Part shown: positions 21,621 to 32,696 of the stretch, in pieces
Layout of the letters: every line of letters starts with the position of its first letter
Numbering within the stretch: position 1 is the first letter of the stretch
From: Shigella phage SGF2
Reading direction: 5' to 3' (one strand)
Sequence record: MN148435
Length of the DNA: 64,000 nucleotides
Notes under the pieces: model-generated
Databases searched by the model: none
Told to the model about the DNA's origin: nothing
The model's input: only the letters and a program-made list of their open reading frames with translations
Made by a program: the position numbers and the translations under genes

Positions 21621-22199
21621 CCTGAGCTTGAGCGATAATCCAATCTAGATCTAACACTGCTGATTCAATAGTTGAGTCGTTAAACAGCAGATATGTTTTT
21701 CTCTGCTCCCCTTCAATGTATGAACGAGAATCTCCATTAAAAGAGCAACCATCTCTAAGCACTTGGACAACTTGGACATGGAAATTCTTTTCTAGTTCTC
21801 GTACCTCTGCATCAAAACCTCCGTCAGTAAAAACAATAATGTCATCCTGACCTAACTCCTCTTGTTTGATACTCTTTACAGCGAGGTTCCCCATATGATT
21901 GTTGCCAAACATAGGTTTTAAGAAGTCTTCACTTGTAGAAATCATCAAATCTCTTACAGACTTCCCTCCCCACTCTGGTCTAGATTTTTCTTTCCATTCA
22001 CGATCTTCATAGCGTGCTAGGAAGTTTTCTAGAGGCATTCCTAGTGCAGCAGCAGCCACTCTATACATCGGCTCCTTGAAGGATTTGGTTAAATGATTGT
22101 GATGGTATGAATGTGCATTAACCCAAGCACTAGCTATTGTATCTTTCCCACAACCCGGAGGTCCATTAAGAATTACTACTAAAGGTTTAGACTCACCAT

Positions 22200-22209
<10 letters not shown>
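21598..22209 (-). CDS. P-loop kinase, deoxynucleoside monophosphate kinase-like
   Basis: Walker A LNGPPGCGKDT; overall pattern resembles phage dNMP kinases. Confidence 0.55.
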
Positions 22210-23695
<1,486 letters not shown>

Positions 23696-23696
<1 letters not shown>

Positions 23697-23956
23697 TACT
23701 CTATTCCACGCTCTTTCAGAGCTTCTAACAATCCATTGTGATTAGCAGCACATTCTGTGTACTGATCCTGATACCACTCCAACGTAGTGGCTAGTGCCTT
23801 TCCTTGAGCACTCTCTAAAAGAGGTAGGTCAACCCTACATTCAGCTTTTAGGTTTGTTGGTAAGGGCATTGATTGCCTGCTGTTGTCGCTCGTTGAACAA
23901 GCTGACATACTCATCACTAGCGCAGACATTATAAAAAACTGGTTTAGTTTTCTCAT
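23696..23956 (-). CDS. o-spanin (Rz1-like outer-membrane lipoprotein)
   Basis: start MRKLNQFF...; lipobox-like MSAC then Pro-rich periplasmic part; embedded out of frame in 3' end of i-spanin gene. Confidence 0.6.
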
Positions 23957-24191
23957 AATGCATCTCTTTATAAACGGTTTCCGTGTTCTTCTTCCAGCTA
24001 GATAAACCGGTAAGAACTCTCTGGGCAACTTCATCAGCTGCCTTGCTTCTTTCAATCTCTAACTCTTGCTGGTGCTTCTCTTTGTCCAGATTACTACTGT
24101 CTGTTTGATATTCGTTAAACTTCATACCACCAAAGAATACAAGAGCCGAGAAAATGATAAACCCTAAGTTATCACTTAACGTGTTTTGCAT
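23841..24191 (-). CDS. i-spanin (Rz-like)
   Basis: start MQNTLSDN after GGAGA RBS; N-terminal TMD LGFIIFSALVFFGG; coiled-coil periplasmic domain; overlaps o-spanin. Confidence 0.6.
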   Translation of the reverse strand: MQNTLSDNLGFIIFSALVFFGGMKFNEYQTDSSNLDKEKHQQELEIERSKAADEVAQRVLTGLSSWKKNTETVYKEMHYEKTKPVFYNVCASDEYVSLFNERQQQAINALTNKPKS

Positions 24192-24203
24192 GTTGTCTCC
24201 AAC

Positions 24204-24227
24204 GAAAAAAGCCACCCGAAGGTGGCT
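24204..24227 (-). terminator. rho-independent terminator (minus strand)
   Basis: minus-strand AGCCACC-TTCG-GGTGGCT followed by TTTTTTC; between SSB and spanin genes. Confidence 0.55.
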
Positions 24228-24248
24228 AAGCTATAACAAGGAGAGTTA

Positions 24249-24995
24249 TTAGAATGGGCTATCGTTGTCGTCTTCGTAAGTAGAAGCAGGCTCTTTATCA
24301 ATCGTAGGGATTGAAGGAGTAGCTTCTTTCTGTTCTGTTTCAGAAGCACGAGTAATTTCACGACCAGCCAGAGGCATGTTCTTAGCGTCATTAGCTTGGG
24401 TAAGCAGGTTGCGCTGGAACGGGAACATCAGTTGATAGGATGCTACGTTCTCATCGGTTTCCGCATACGGTTCGAAGAATACCAGAGGACTACGAGCTTC
24501 ACCAACTGCTGCACGATATTTAGTTGGGATTGGAGAAATGGTCTTGATGGAGTTTTTAACTTCACCAGCTTTGTTAGTGTAAGAGTTAACCAGAATGTTA
24601 ACAGGCTGACCTAACAGCACATCCTTAAACCAAGACAGATCACCTTTCAGTGCTTGAATGCTTGGGTCAATCATCTTGCAGAGATCAAGGATACCAGAGT
24701 TCTTAGCTCGCGGGTTTACATCATAACTCTTGAACTGGCAAGCAGGACGTGGCTCTAATGCCTTACCATCGGAATCTTTACCAGTAGCATCAACACCAAT
24801 TAGCTCGAAAGCCAAATCCATACGGAAAGCCGGATTCTTAGGGGTTACTGCTTTGGTCTTCGGGTCAATCCAAGGGTCACGATTGTGAACACCCAAACCT
24901 ACTACACGAACGATACGTGCTTCGTATTCACCATCAGGGATTACATCGTAGTTGGATTTACGGGAAGCAGTTGCGATAGTTGGAATCATAGACAT
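24249..24995 (-). CDS. single-stranded DNA-binding protein (T7 gp2.5-like size, acidic C-terminal tail)
   Basis: 248 aa ending YEDDNDSPF (acidic tail with terminal Phe typical of SSBs); strong AT-rich upstream region. Confidence 0.5.
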   Translation of the reverse strand: MSMIPTIATASRKSNYDVIPDGEYEARIVRVVGLGVHNRDPWIDPKTKAVTPKNPAFRMDLAFELIGVDATGKDSDGKALEPRPACQFKSYDVNPRAKNSGILDLCKMIDPSIQALKGDLSWFKDVLLGQPVNILVNSYTNKAGEVKNSIKTISPIPTKYRAAVGEARSPLVFFEPYAETDENVASYQLMFPFQRNLLTQANDAKNMPLAGREITRASETEQKEATPSIPTIDKEPASTYEDDNDSPF

Positions 24996-25412
24996 ATTTT
25001 AACTTCCTTATTTAATTTGAAAGATTGTTGCTCTCTTTGAGCGGTTATGTATAGTATACATTACGCTTATACCGATAAGAGTACTATATAATATAAGTAT
25101 CTTTGGTAGTAGATATAACACACTAGTAATGTATATATTGTATAGCTGATAAAGCTATTGCAGGCTTGTATATTGGGCAATTCACAGAATCCCTTGCAAG
25201 TACCGAAGGGCAGGAGCCACCTGCGAGATAAAAATAGAGAATTAAGGAATCCTTGATTTAGGTTGTAGGGACTCCTAGGGACTTTGATTCTCTATTTAAA
25301 AAGAATATTAATTACTTACTACCTAAATAATTAACTAACTTACTTAAACCAAATTCAATAAGAATAGATAAAAAGATTATTCCTAAGAAAGCTAAAAAGT
25401 ATAGAATATAAG
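24996..25412. promoter_or_regulatory. AT-rich structured intergenic region upstream of SSB gene
   Basis: 417 bp without ORF; palindrome ATGTATAGTATACAT (25047-25061), TAATGTATATATTGTATAGC (25127-25146), long inverted repeat AAAAATAGAGAAT...ATTCTCTATTT (25232-25300). Confidence 0.4.
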
Positions 25413-25595
25413 TTACCATTCAAGTAAACCTTTAAAGTTAGATTTTTCTACTATTCGCTGATAGTGAAGATTAGAATCAGCTTGTTTCTTTAACATCTCA
25501 TTATGTTGATCTCTGATATAATCCCTATAAACCATACGTTCTTTGAGTAACGAAATTTTCTTTCTTTCAGAGCTTAAATAGTACATCCTAGACAT
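25413..25595 (-). CDS. hypothetical protein
   Basis: 60-aa ORF in co-directional early cluster. Confidence 0.3.
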   Translation of the reverse strand: MSRMYYLSSERKKISLLKERMVYRDYIRDQHNEMLKKQADSNLHYQRIVEKSNFKGLLEW

Positions 25596-25768
25596 TCAAA
25601 GTCTCCACTGAGAGATTCCTGTAACAAATGACTCTGTTCATCAGAGACTAATTGATTCACTACTTTCTGTAATTCTAATAAATCATCAAAATCGATCATC
25701 ATACCTTCATCGAGTTTATCTGTATCAACCGACCAGAAAGGGTTATCTCCTAGCATTTTACTAATCAT
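25574..25768 (-). CDS. hypothetical protein
   Basis: 64-aa ORF, overlapping arrangement with neighbours. Confidence 0.3.
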   Translation of the reverse strand: MISKMLGDNPFWSVDTDKLDEGMMIDFDDLLELQKVVNQLVSDEQSHLLQESLSGDFECLGCTI

Positions 25769-26007
25769 TCTACATCTCCTTGTTTATTGTTAATAACATC
25801 CAGTGCTGTATAAGCTTTACCTGTTCCTAGATATTCTAGAACTGGAGGATTCTTCTTTTCTTCAGCGACTACATAAGGTGTGATCTTCCCTTTCAGTACA
25901 GCCTGAGATGCCTTAGCACTGGCTTCAGACGTGTGAACAGTAGTAAGCCCTTTCTTTCCTATTCTATAAGTGTGAATCCAAATCATGCTTCTTCCTCGTA
26001 TTCCCAA
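25765..26007 (-). CDS. hypothetical protein
   Basis: 80-aa ORF with ATGA-type overlap to next gene. Confidence 0.3.
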   Translation of the reverse strand: MGIRGRSMIWIHTYRIGKKGLTTVHTSEASAKASQAVLKGKITPYVVAEEKKNPPVLEYLGTGKAYTALDVINNKQGDVE

Positions 26008-26183
26008 TTTCTTTCATAATATCCAGAGTTATAGTTTAGGGCGCACTTCTCGGCCTCTTCTATATCGTCAGTGTTTAGGATATTAACCCATCCACCAACT
26101 TCATCAAAACCTTCTTCTACCTCGTTAAACCATACACTATACTTTTTCATCGAGAAGTTCTTCCCCAATCTTTTACATAGCAT
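25983..26183 (-). CDS. hypothetical protein
   Basis: 66-aa acidic ORF. Confidence 0.3.
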   Translation of the reverse strand: MLCKRLGKNFSMKKYSVWFNEVEEGFDEVGGWVNILNTDDIEEAEKCALNYNSGYYERNWEYEEEA

Positions 26184-26319
26184 CGACCATTAACCCACTT
26201 TGTCTCTGATTTAAATTCCTGAGACATTCGTACTTCGCAGTCTTCTCTACTGGCATCTCCTCCGATATCAATCAGATACAGGAATAGAGCTATACCTAAA
26301 GCCCAAAGAATTATCTTCT

Positions 26320-26712
26320 TCATCGAATCACCAGAGGCTCTTCAGAGTACACAGGAGCGGCTATTTCTACAGGAGGTGCTGCCCTAAGGTCGTTAAGTCT
26401 TACGCCCTTCAGCATCCCATCTAGGTGGTCCTTTTTGGGGATTCCAACAGGGAAGTCGTCAATCCAGATATCTACAAAGAAACCTAGTTGTCGACATACA
26501 TCATCCTTCTGAACGCCATTGCAAAAGATGATAGGAATCTGCAAACACTCTGCATCAATCTTAATGTCGTGGTTATCGTACCCGTTAGGCTCGGCAAAGC
26601 GATAAGTTACAAAACGTACATCATAACCCTTCGCTTGCATTAATGTCACCACAGACCGCCACAGCTCCTTATCTGAGGTGTAAGTATCATCATAATCTAA
26701 ACCAATATTCAT
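26320..26712 (-). CDS. HAD-like phosphatase (5'-nucleotidase candidate)
   Basis: ATG at 26712 with AAGGA RBS; N-terminal MNIGLDYDDT = DxDxT motif I of HAD phosphatases. Confidence 0.4.
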   Translation of the reverse strand: MNIGLDYDDTYTSDKELWRSVVTLMQAKGYDVRFVTYRFAEPNGYDNHDIKIDAECLQIPIIFCNGVQKDDVCRQLGFFVDIWIDDFPVGIPKKDHLDGMLKGVRLNDLRAAPPVEIAAPVYSEEPLVIR

Positions 26713-26728
26713 GTCAAATCCTTTAGAC

Positions 26729-26754
26729 AAGAAAAGCCGCCCGAAGGCAGCTTC
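26729..26754 (-). terminator. rho-independent terminator (minus strand)
   Basis: minus-strand AAGCTGCC-TTCG-GGCGGCTT then TTTCTTG. Confidence 0.45.
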
Positions 26755-26761
26755 TTATTTA

Positions 26762-26938
26762 ACCGTTCACTTTAGCTTCAAGTGTTTCATTTTCAATACT
26801 CAAGTCAATCACTACACCAGTAAGCTCAACGACTGCTTGGCGAAGGGCATCTTTACCCATAGAGTGTACTTGAGATAAGAAGAAAGCTTTACCTTCTTCA
26901 GTGGATAGGGTTTCTTTTAATTCAGAAGCAGTCATTGA
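26762..26938 (-). CDS. small hypothetical protein (58 aa)
   Basis: ORF below track cut-off (MTASELKETLSTEEGKAF...) ending just before the terminator. Confidence 0.25.
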
Positions 26939-26944
26939 TATTCC

Positions 26945-27139
26945 TTATGTTATGTTATAAATTCGCATGATTGTACCACCATTGGCTTCAATAGCAGCAA
27001 CCATTTGGTTTCGTTCTTCATCCGTGTAAACTAACACACTTCTAAATTCACCTGTTGCATCAGTATAAAGGATGTTGTATTTCGGAGGTGGCTTACGGTA
27101 AATACCTTCCATCACTCTTTCTCCTCTCGTTCTTTCCAC
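26945..27139 (-). CDS. hypothetical protein
   Basis: 64-aa ORF. Confidence 0.3.
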   Translation of the reverse strand: MERTRGERVMEGIYRKPPPKYNILYTDATGEFRSVLVYTDEERNQMVAAIEANGGTIMRIYNIT

Positions 27140-27295
27140 AGTTCGGCTAGCTCTAGATAGAACTCAGCCTCATCAGGACGACCTTGTTCATTACAGATGG
27201 CGCTCTGACGATAACACCAATCCGATGGCATCTCTTCCACTTCAATCTCCTTATTACGAACTAATCAATAAGAATAGTTCATTCGTCTTATTTAT

Positions 27296-27487
27296 TCACT
27301 CTACCAATGCAGGTACTTCTATCCGTTTAACTGTGAATGTCTTGTTTGGAAACTTTCGAACTAGCTCTGCTGATTTGGTTATTGCTAAGTTCTCTGTCTC
27401 AAAGATACACAATTGACCATTTAATGCTATGAGGGTAGAGCCACCGCTGAAGATGGCCCAAGATTCATAATAGCCTTTAACACTCAT
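27296..27487 (-). CDS. hypothetical protein
   Basis: 63-aa ORF. Confidence 0.3.
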   Translation of the reverse strand: MSVKGYYESWAIFSGGSTLIALNGQLCIFETENLAITKSAELVRKFPNKTFTVKRIEVPALVE

Positions 27488-27849
27488 TATTTAACCTCAA
27501 TATTATATCTACTTTTCAGTGTATCTCTTACCCAAGCTACACGTTTTGGGTTTTTATGATGAGATCTAGTGTAACTATCCATGTGATACCGATCACACCC
27601 AAAAGGGTAAACCGGATCTTCAAAGTCAGTAAACATATTCTTTATATCATCTGCATCTAAATGCTTAGTGAAGTAATAGTGAGATTTATAACAACGAAAA
27701 TTAAAACACAAACCACGGCCTTCATCAAACCAAGGAGGGCACTCCTCTGTTTGAGTTATGTGATAATACTGTAGGAGGAAATCTTCCATCCCCCTCTCCT
27801 TGAATAAACACCTAAGTGTTCTATAAACTATATTAGTTTCTTTCATCAC
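27487..27849 (-). CDS. hypothetical Cys/His-containing protein
   Basis: 120-aa ORF directly downstream of polymerase gene. Confidence 0.35.
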   Translation of the reverse strand: MMKETNIVYRTLRCLFKERGMEDFLLQYYHITQTEECPPWFDEGRGLCFNFRCYKSHYYFTKHLDADDIKNMFTDFEDPVYPFGCDRYHMDSYTRSHHKNPKRVAWVRDTLKSRYNIEVK

Positions 27850-27854
27850 CTACC

Positions 27855-29699
27855 TCAATGGGTATGCATCCAGTTAAGTCCAATCTGACAATCAGAAGCC
27901 AGAGGACATTCCATGTTCAAATATTCACCAGCCTTCTTAACACAAAGCTCGGTGTGTTCTTTGAGTTTCTGTACATCATTACGGTTCACTGAGAACTGGC
28001 CCTCATCGTGCATATCAATTACCTTAGCACAACGAACCTTATCTTTCTCAATCCACTTGTTAAGGAACATCATAGCATATTTCATAACAACAGCACCAGC
28101 ACATTGAAGGAGAGTATTAAGAGCTTTATGAACCATAACTTTACCAGTGGCATCTCGTCTCATTGTAATCTTACGACCATCAACACCAATCAAGTATCCT
28201 TGAGCAGCTTTCTCTGTCATACGATCAATGAGGATTGCAATACATGGATTCTCTGCCAAGAAACGTGCTCGCATCACTGAACCTTCGTCAGCCCCACCAC
28301 CTACAATTGAACCAAGCTTAGCATCACCAGCACCATAGTTGAATGCGTAGATAAACGTCTTAGCGTTGTCACGAGTAGGAAGACCAGCAAGTTTCTGGTT
28401 GTGGGAGTGGATATCACCTTCAAGGAGAATATCACGATACATAATAGCAGAAGCTAAACCACGCTCTGCCAGAGCTTTCTTAGCTGGATTATTCTCTTCG
28501 ATTGCTTCAGCAAGCATATCCCTACACTCTTTAATGAGGTAGTGTGCGAGCATACGCAATTCTAATCCAGAACCATCATACCCTAAGAATACTTCTTTAC
28601 CAGCGGGTATGTAATATTTGTAAGCACCTACAGGTTTATCTTTCTTCCCCGGCTTACCTTTCTCATAAATTACGTTAGTACCTTTTCGTATATAACAACC
28701 ATCAGGAACAACGTTAGTAATAATGAAAGGACGAGAGTGATCATCATCTGAGTTATAGTCAGACTCAAACAAACCGCGACACTCATGACCAAACAAACCA
28801 CGGGAGGGAATATTAACCACGATACGATGTTTGAATCGAAAAGTCGGCGTAGCGCAGCTGTTAGCTTCTGCCGAAAGTTTACCATCTTCGCGTTCCTTTG
28901 CTATGAGTCCACTGATAAGACCTAGCCTGTGAGCCGCTACAACGCGTCTCTTAAGCAAACTTCCGACACTCCCTAGCTCACCCCCTAACCCTTCTTCAAG
29001 AGTCTCCTCGAGGTTTGTAGGAGCTGTAGGCCACTTGTTTGAGGTAGCTAGTGCTATCTTAATCTCATCAAAAGTGATAGGTCTACGTCGGTTAGGATTT
29101 AAACCTAAACCAAACACATAAGCCTTCATATAGTTCTTAGTTTTAAACCGAAAATGCTTCTCTAAGAACTTTCTAATATCAGCGTCAACCATCTCGGCTG
29201 TCTGCTTCTGTTTAGCATTACCTCGCATCCAAGCTGAATACCACGCTTGGTATGTTCCATACTTTCGCATATCTTTCTTGATTTCAAAAGTATTCCAAGG
29301 TTTCTTTGATACGTTAAACTCTGGAGGAAGAAAGCCCTCATCCATAAGGGCTTCTTTAACTCGTGCATCTTTCGATGGGTCAAAGTCTACATATTCAACA
29401 CAGGTGAATGCTCCACCAATGTCTTCTCTCTTAAGACCAACTCTATCACAATAGGCTTGAGGCCACTTCTGTAAAGCTCCAGACTTCTTAAATGGCTTCA
29501 TATAAGTAGAGCCATCTAGTCTCATCTTAGGTAAGAGAGGAATCAATTCTTTATCAATATTAACAATAATCTCTTTAAGGAGGTGAACATACCACCGAGC
29601 ATTTCTTCGGTTGAAACTCACTCCGTGCTTCGCTTGCTTAGAGATTATATCAGCGACAGTCATCTCTGTCAAAAATGGGAGAGCGTCCGGGTTGCTCAC
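27855..29699 (-). CDS. family A DNA polymerase, polymerase (palm/fingers) domain only
   Basis: motif A LGYDGSGLELRMLAHY, motif B RDNAKTFIYAFNYGAG, motif C VIDMHDEGQF; no exonuclease motifs in this ORF. Confidence 0.85.
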   Translation of the reverse strand: MSNPDALPFLTEMTVADIISKQAKHGVSFNRRNARWYVHLLKEIIVNIDKELIPLLPKMRLDGSTYMKPFKKSGALQKWPQAYCDRVGLKREDIGGAFTCVEYVDFDPSKDARVKEALMDEGFLPPEFNVSKKPWNTFEIKKDMRKYGTYQAWYSAWMRGNAKQKQTAEMVDADIRKFLEKHFRFKTKNYMKAYVFGLGLNPNRRRPITFDEIKIALATSNKWPTAPTNLEETLEEGLGGELGSVGSLLKRRVVAAHRLGLISGLIAKEREDGKLSAEANSCATPTFRFKHRIVVNIPSRGLFGHECRGLFESDYNSDDDHSRPFIITNVVPDGCYIRKGTNVIYEKGKPGKKDKPVGAYKYYIPAGKEVFLGYDGSGLELRMLAHYLIKECRDMLAEAIEENNPAKKALAERGLASAIMYRDILLEGDIHSHNQKLAGLPTRDNAKTFIYAFNYGAGDAKLGSIVGGGADEGSVMRARFLAENPCIAILIDRMTEKAAQGYLIGVDGRKITMRRDATGKVMVHKALNTLLQCAGAVVMKYAMMFLNKWIEKDKVRCAKVIDMHDEGQFSVNRNDVQKLKEHTELCVKKAGEYLNMECPLASDCQIGLNWMHTH

Positions 29700-29715
29700 T
29701 TTATACTCCTTTAAA

Positions 29716-30138
29716 TTATCGGTAAAGTAAATCTGTGAATGCTTGGTTATCTTCTACTACATCTAGCATGGTAGCTTCATCACTGTAAGCCCTAACCGTC
29801 CCGTTGACAACTGTCCAAGGAGGTGGTGGAGGTGGTGCATGGTTAGCCCTAGCTTCACGAGGTTGCTCTCGTACTAAATGAGCCACAACCCTTTGGTTAG
29901 CGACTTCTTCTCTTTCTCGGATAGCTCTCTGAATGTAAGCCAACTTCATACCCCAAGCTTCTTCAAACTCTTGAGGGTGCTTATCACTGATAACCACATA
30001 CTGACGTTCAGGGATACCAGAGCGAATCTCTGACAGTAGTTCATGGAACAAATCAAGTTCATGTTCAGTGAGATTCATTTCGATATCATCCCACTTAAGA
30101 ACTAAGAAACGGTTTTGGTGTCTAGCTGGTAATGGCAT
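29716..30138 (-). CDS. hypothetical protein
   Basis: 140-aa ORF with proline run PPPPPPW. Confidence 0.35.
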   Translation of the reverse strand: MPLPARHQNRFLVLKWDDIEMNLTEHELDLFHELLSEIRSGIPERQYVVISDKHPQEFEEAWGMKLAYIQRAIREREEVANQRVVAHLVREQPREARANHAPPPPPPWTVVNGTVRAYSDEATMLDVVEDNQAFTDLLYR

Positions 30139-30301
30139 TCTACTCCACCTCTACTTCAATGTAAGTTCTCTCGCCAACGTCATCTTTTAAGACCCATGCC
30201 TTGGCATCTTCTTCAGACTTAAAAGCTTTCACAACGCTGTACCCACCTTCCCATTCATCACCGAACCACCGCTGACCAACGTAAATATACTCTTTCATAG
30301 C

Positions 30302-30586
30302 TTAACCTTTTGGGAACGGCATTAAAAATTCCATAGCAGATTTAATTTCGTTATTGATTCGTGCATCGCGATAAGAGATAAATTTACCTTTGCTATCTCG
30401 TAACATCACATGAGTTCTGGCTGTTTTGTGAGGAAGCAAAGTAATACTGGTTGGGATAGTATCAATCCCCACAGAGAACGAATTAATAGTCTTACTCTCA
30501 ACTAGCAGGTAAGACCAAGTACGTGGTTTCTGCTCTGGGCGATTAGGGTATGTGTCTCGAATCTGAACCATAGCTAACTTATTCAT
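30302..30586 (-). CDS. small protein, PFPKG-ending paralogue 1
   Basis: 94 aa ending FLMPFPKG; shares KFISY...PFPKG pattern with adjacent gene. Confidence 0.4.
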   Translation of the reverse strand: MNKLAMVQIRDTYPNRPEQKPRTWSYLLVESKTINSFSVGIDTIPTSITLLPHKTARTHVMLRDSKGKFISYRDARINNEIKSAMEFLMPFPKG

Positions 30587-30587
30587 T

Positions 30588-30842
30588 TTAAACTCCTTTA
30601 GGGAAAGGGATGAGATTTTCTACTGCAACACGGAAAGATTTTTCTACGTTCTTATTCTTATAAGAGATAAATTTTCCATCAGCTCCGCGAAGGAGTACGT
30701 TAGTGCGAGCTGTTTTTGGGTTAATCTCAATCATCCGTTCGATGATCTTGTTTGATTTGTTGTGGTGGTTAGCGAAAGCCCACTTAACAACCTTGCCATC
30801 TCTGGTTACATCAAAAATATTTACGATTTTTACAATAGACAT
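30588..30842 (-). CDS. small protein, PFPKG-ending paralogue 2
   Basis: 84 aa ending LIPFPKGV; tandem duplicate. Confidence 0.4.
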   Translation of the reverse strand: MSIVKIVNIFDVTRDGKVVKWAFANHHNKSNKIIERMIEINPKTARTNVLLRGADGKFISYKNKNVEKSFRVAVENLIPFPKGV

Positions 30843-30876
30843 ATTTATTACCTAAGAAGTTTATTTTGGTTTATAT

Positions 30877-30905
30877 AAAAGAAAAGGCCACCCATTTGGG
30901 TAGCC
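30877..30905 (-). terminator. rho-independent terminator (minus strand)
   Basis: minus-strand GGCTACCC-AAAT-GGGTGGCC then TTTTCTTTT. Confidence 0.45.
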
Positions 30906-30921
30906 TCATATTACGATGAGC

Positions 30922-31413
30922 TTAAAGCTCCTTTAAAGCATGGAGTATAGCTGTATGGCTCACGCCAAACAACTTACCAAGACCTCTAGAGCCAAAATCC
31001 CTAGAACCCTTCACATACATCTGTTTAATCTTTACAACATCTCCAGAGGATAATTTGGTCATTCCGTTATTGTCACGAGTATGCCCTTTATTCAACCCTG
31101 TATCAAAGGAATGTTGTATGTTTTCAGAAGCGGATACCCATTCAAGATTCTCCAGTCGATTATCGTCTTTTATCCCATTGATGTGGTTGACTTCTGGATA
31201 ATTGTTAGGGTTTGGTATAAAGTGCGTAGCTATAAGTCGGTGCGCTCTCCATCGTCTTCCTTGGAAATACACACCGATATAGCCTTTCGATATCATACAT
31301 CCAGCTATCTTTCCGGGGTGGCTTTTGTTCCACATCACTCCTTTGCTAGGAGATTTTGTGTAATATAGGTTACCTGTGACCGCATCGTAAGATAAGGTGT
31401 CATCAAGAACCAC
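30922..31413 (-). CDS. HNH homing endonuclease
   Basis: YPEVNHINGIKDDNRLENLEWVSASENIQH = HNH_3-type motif preceded by NUMOD-like region. Confidence 0.8.
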   Translation of the reverse strand: MVLDDTLSYDAVTGNLYYTKSPSKGVMWNKSHPGKIAGCMISKGYIGVYFQGRRWRAHRLIATHFIPNPNNYPEVNHINGIKDDNRLENLEWVSASENIQHSFDTGLNKGHTRDNNGMTKLSSGDVVKIKQMYVKGSRDFGSRGLGKLFGVSHTAILHALKEL

Positions 31414-31720
31414 TCAACGCCCCCTTCCTAGCTCCGTTTGCTTTTCCAGCTCGATCACCACTTTTGCCGCCGTTTGAACGGTTTGAGCTGACTGATTCAA
31501 CACGTAAGTTGCTTGACGCATTAGAGCCTCCAGACTTGACAGCTCGTTTGTGTCCAACATCTTTACCTCTGACAGCAGCTTTTCCATCGCGCTTTTCAAC
31601 GATGCGACGTGCACGGTGGCGCTGAGCATCTCCGCTCTTGCTCCCAATGCCTGTCTCACCACGGGCAATTGCGGTACGTCTTTCTTGTGCATAATCTCTC
31701 TTTCCTACATGATCTGCCAT
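31403..31720 (-). CDS. basic Gly/Lys/Arg-rich low-complexity protein
   Basis: strong RBS AAGGAG 7 nt before ATG at 31720; 105 aa. Confidence 0.4.
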   Translation of the reverse strand: MADHVGKRDYAQERRTAIARGETGIGSKSGDAQRHRARRIVEKRDGKAAVRGKDVGHKRAVKSGGSNASSNLRVESVSSNRSNGGKSGDRAGKANGARKGALSGS

Positions 31721-31776
31721 TTAGAACTCCTTAATATATCAGTGTACACTAAGGAGTATACATTATAAGTTACTGT

Positions 31777-32514
31777 TTAAGCTTTCTTTTCCATTGCTTT
31801 AACAATCGCCTTACAGAAACCAGAACGAACAATATCATCTGATTCACCATCTACAATCTCAGCAAACTCATACAGATCGTGTTCATCAATAAAGTTAGTA
31901 GCCCAAGTTAGACCACTCTCACGACCACGCATGTCATGCTGGTTTGTATCACCCATGCAGAACAGCTGAGAGGTTTCCCCCAATCGAGTCATGATGGAGA
32001 AGGCTTCATCTTTAGTTGTGTTCTGGAACTCATCAACAATAACAATAGCATCATTGAAAGAACGACCACGGAGATATTCCAGAGGTACGAACTCAATGTT
32101 ACTATTACCGAGCTGGCATTCATAGAACCCCTTACCGTACCGCTGAGTAATAACATCAATGATAGGCATCAGGTAAGGTTCAAACTTCTCACGCATTCCT
32201 CCCGGAAGCAACCCAAGAGAGTTGCCCATTCCAACTGAAGGACGACTCAGGATAATCTTCTGAATCTTACCACTCTTCAATGCATCAATAACTGTGGAAG
32301 TGATTACAAAGGTCTTACCACAGCCCGCAGGAGCGTCTGTGAACACAACTTGCTTAGTCTTGATAGCGTTGAGTAGCTCAGACTGAAACTGGTTCTGAGG
32401 GACTACAGGCTTTGCTAAAACCACCTCTTCAAACTCTCGCTTACCCTTACGAGTGACAAGTGCTTCCCGACGAAGGTCTTTCCGTGATTCTTTCCGTGAT
32501 TGACGACGACTCAT
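31777..32514 (-). CDS. phoH: PhoH-like ATPase
   Basis: Walker A DAPAGCGKT and PhoH signature IVIVDEFQNTT...MGDTNQHD. Confidence 0.85.
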   Translation of the reverse strand: MSRRQSRKESRKDLRREALVTRKGKREFEEVVLAKPVVPQNQFQSELLNAIKTKQVVFTDAPAGCGKTFVITSTVIDALKSGKIQKIILSRPSVGMGNSLGLLPGGMREKFEPYLMPIIDVITQRYGKGFYECQLGNSNIEFVPLEYLRGRSFNDAIVIVDEFQNTTKDEAFSIMTRLGETSQLFCMGDTNQHDMRGRESGLTWATNFIDEHDLYEFAEIVDGESDDIVRSGFCKAIVKAMEKKA

Positions 32515-32696
32515 TTACGCTCTCCAATTTCTTCGTAATGACATTCAGTAGTTAAACAATCTTTACAGATTGCTGTATAAACCCTGACGTTAGTAAATCG
32601 TTTGTTCTTCCCTTTGGTTGGAGAGCCTTTGGCAAGCTCTCTGATAACCTTGTTACTTAAGTGAAGGTTTGTTCCTTCACATTTAGAGCACTTCAT
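32511..32696 (-). CDS. small zinc-ribbon protein
   Basis: 61 aa with CSKCEG...CKDC. Confidence 0.35.
   Translation of the reverse strand: MKCSKCEGTNLHLSNKVIRELAKGSPTKGKNKRFTNVRVYTAICKDCLTTECHYEEIGERK

Noticed and set aside
23841-24215. Longer i-spanin ORF starting at 24215
   Set aside because: That start is a GTG inside the terminator hairpin; ATG at 24191 with GGAGA RBS is more plausible
27913-28280. Plus-strand ORFs (27913-28107, 28008-28280) and other plus-strand ORFs between 20 and 64 kb (e.g. 38240-38542, 38682-39182, 44263-45059, 56074-56334, 60730-61092)
   Set aside because: Embedded antisense in well-supported minus-strand genes or in intergenic repeats; the whole 20-64 kb block is transcribed leftward
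31414-31692. 92-aa ORF in alternative frame overlapping 31403-31720
   Set aside because: The overlapping frame has a strong AAGGAG RBS and spans the whole interval; this frame lacks a credible start context
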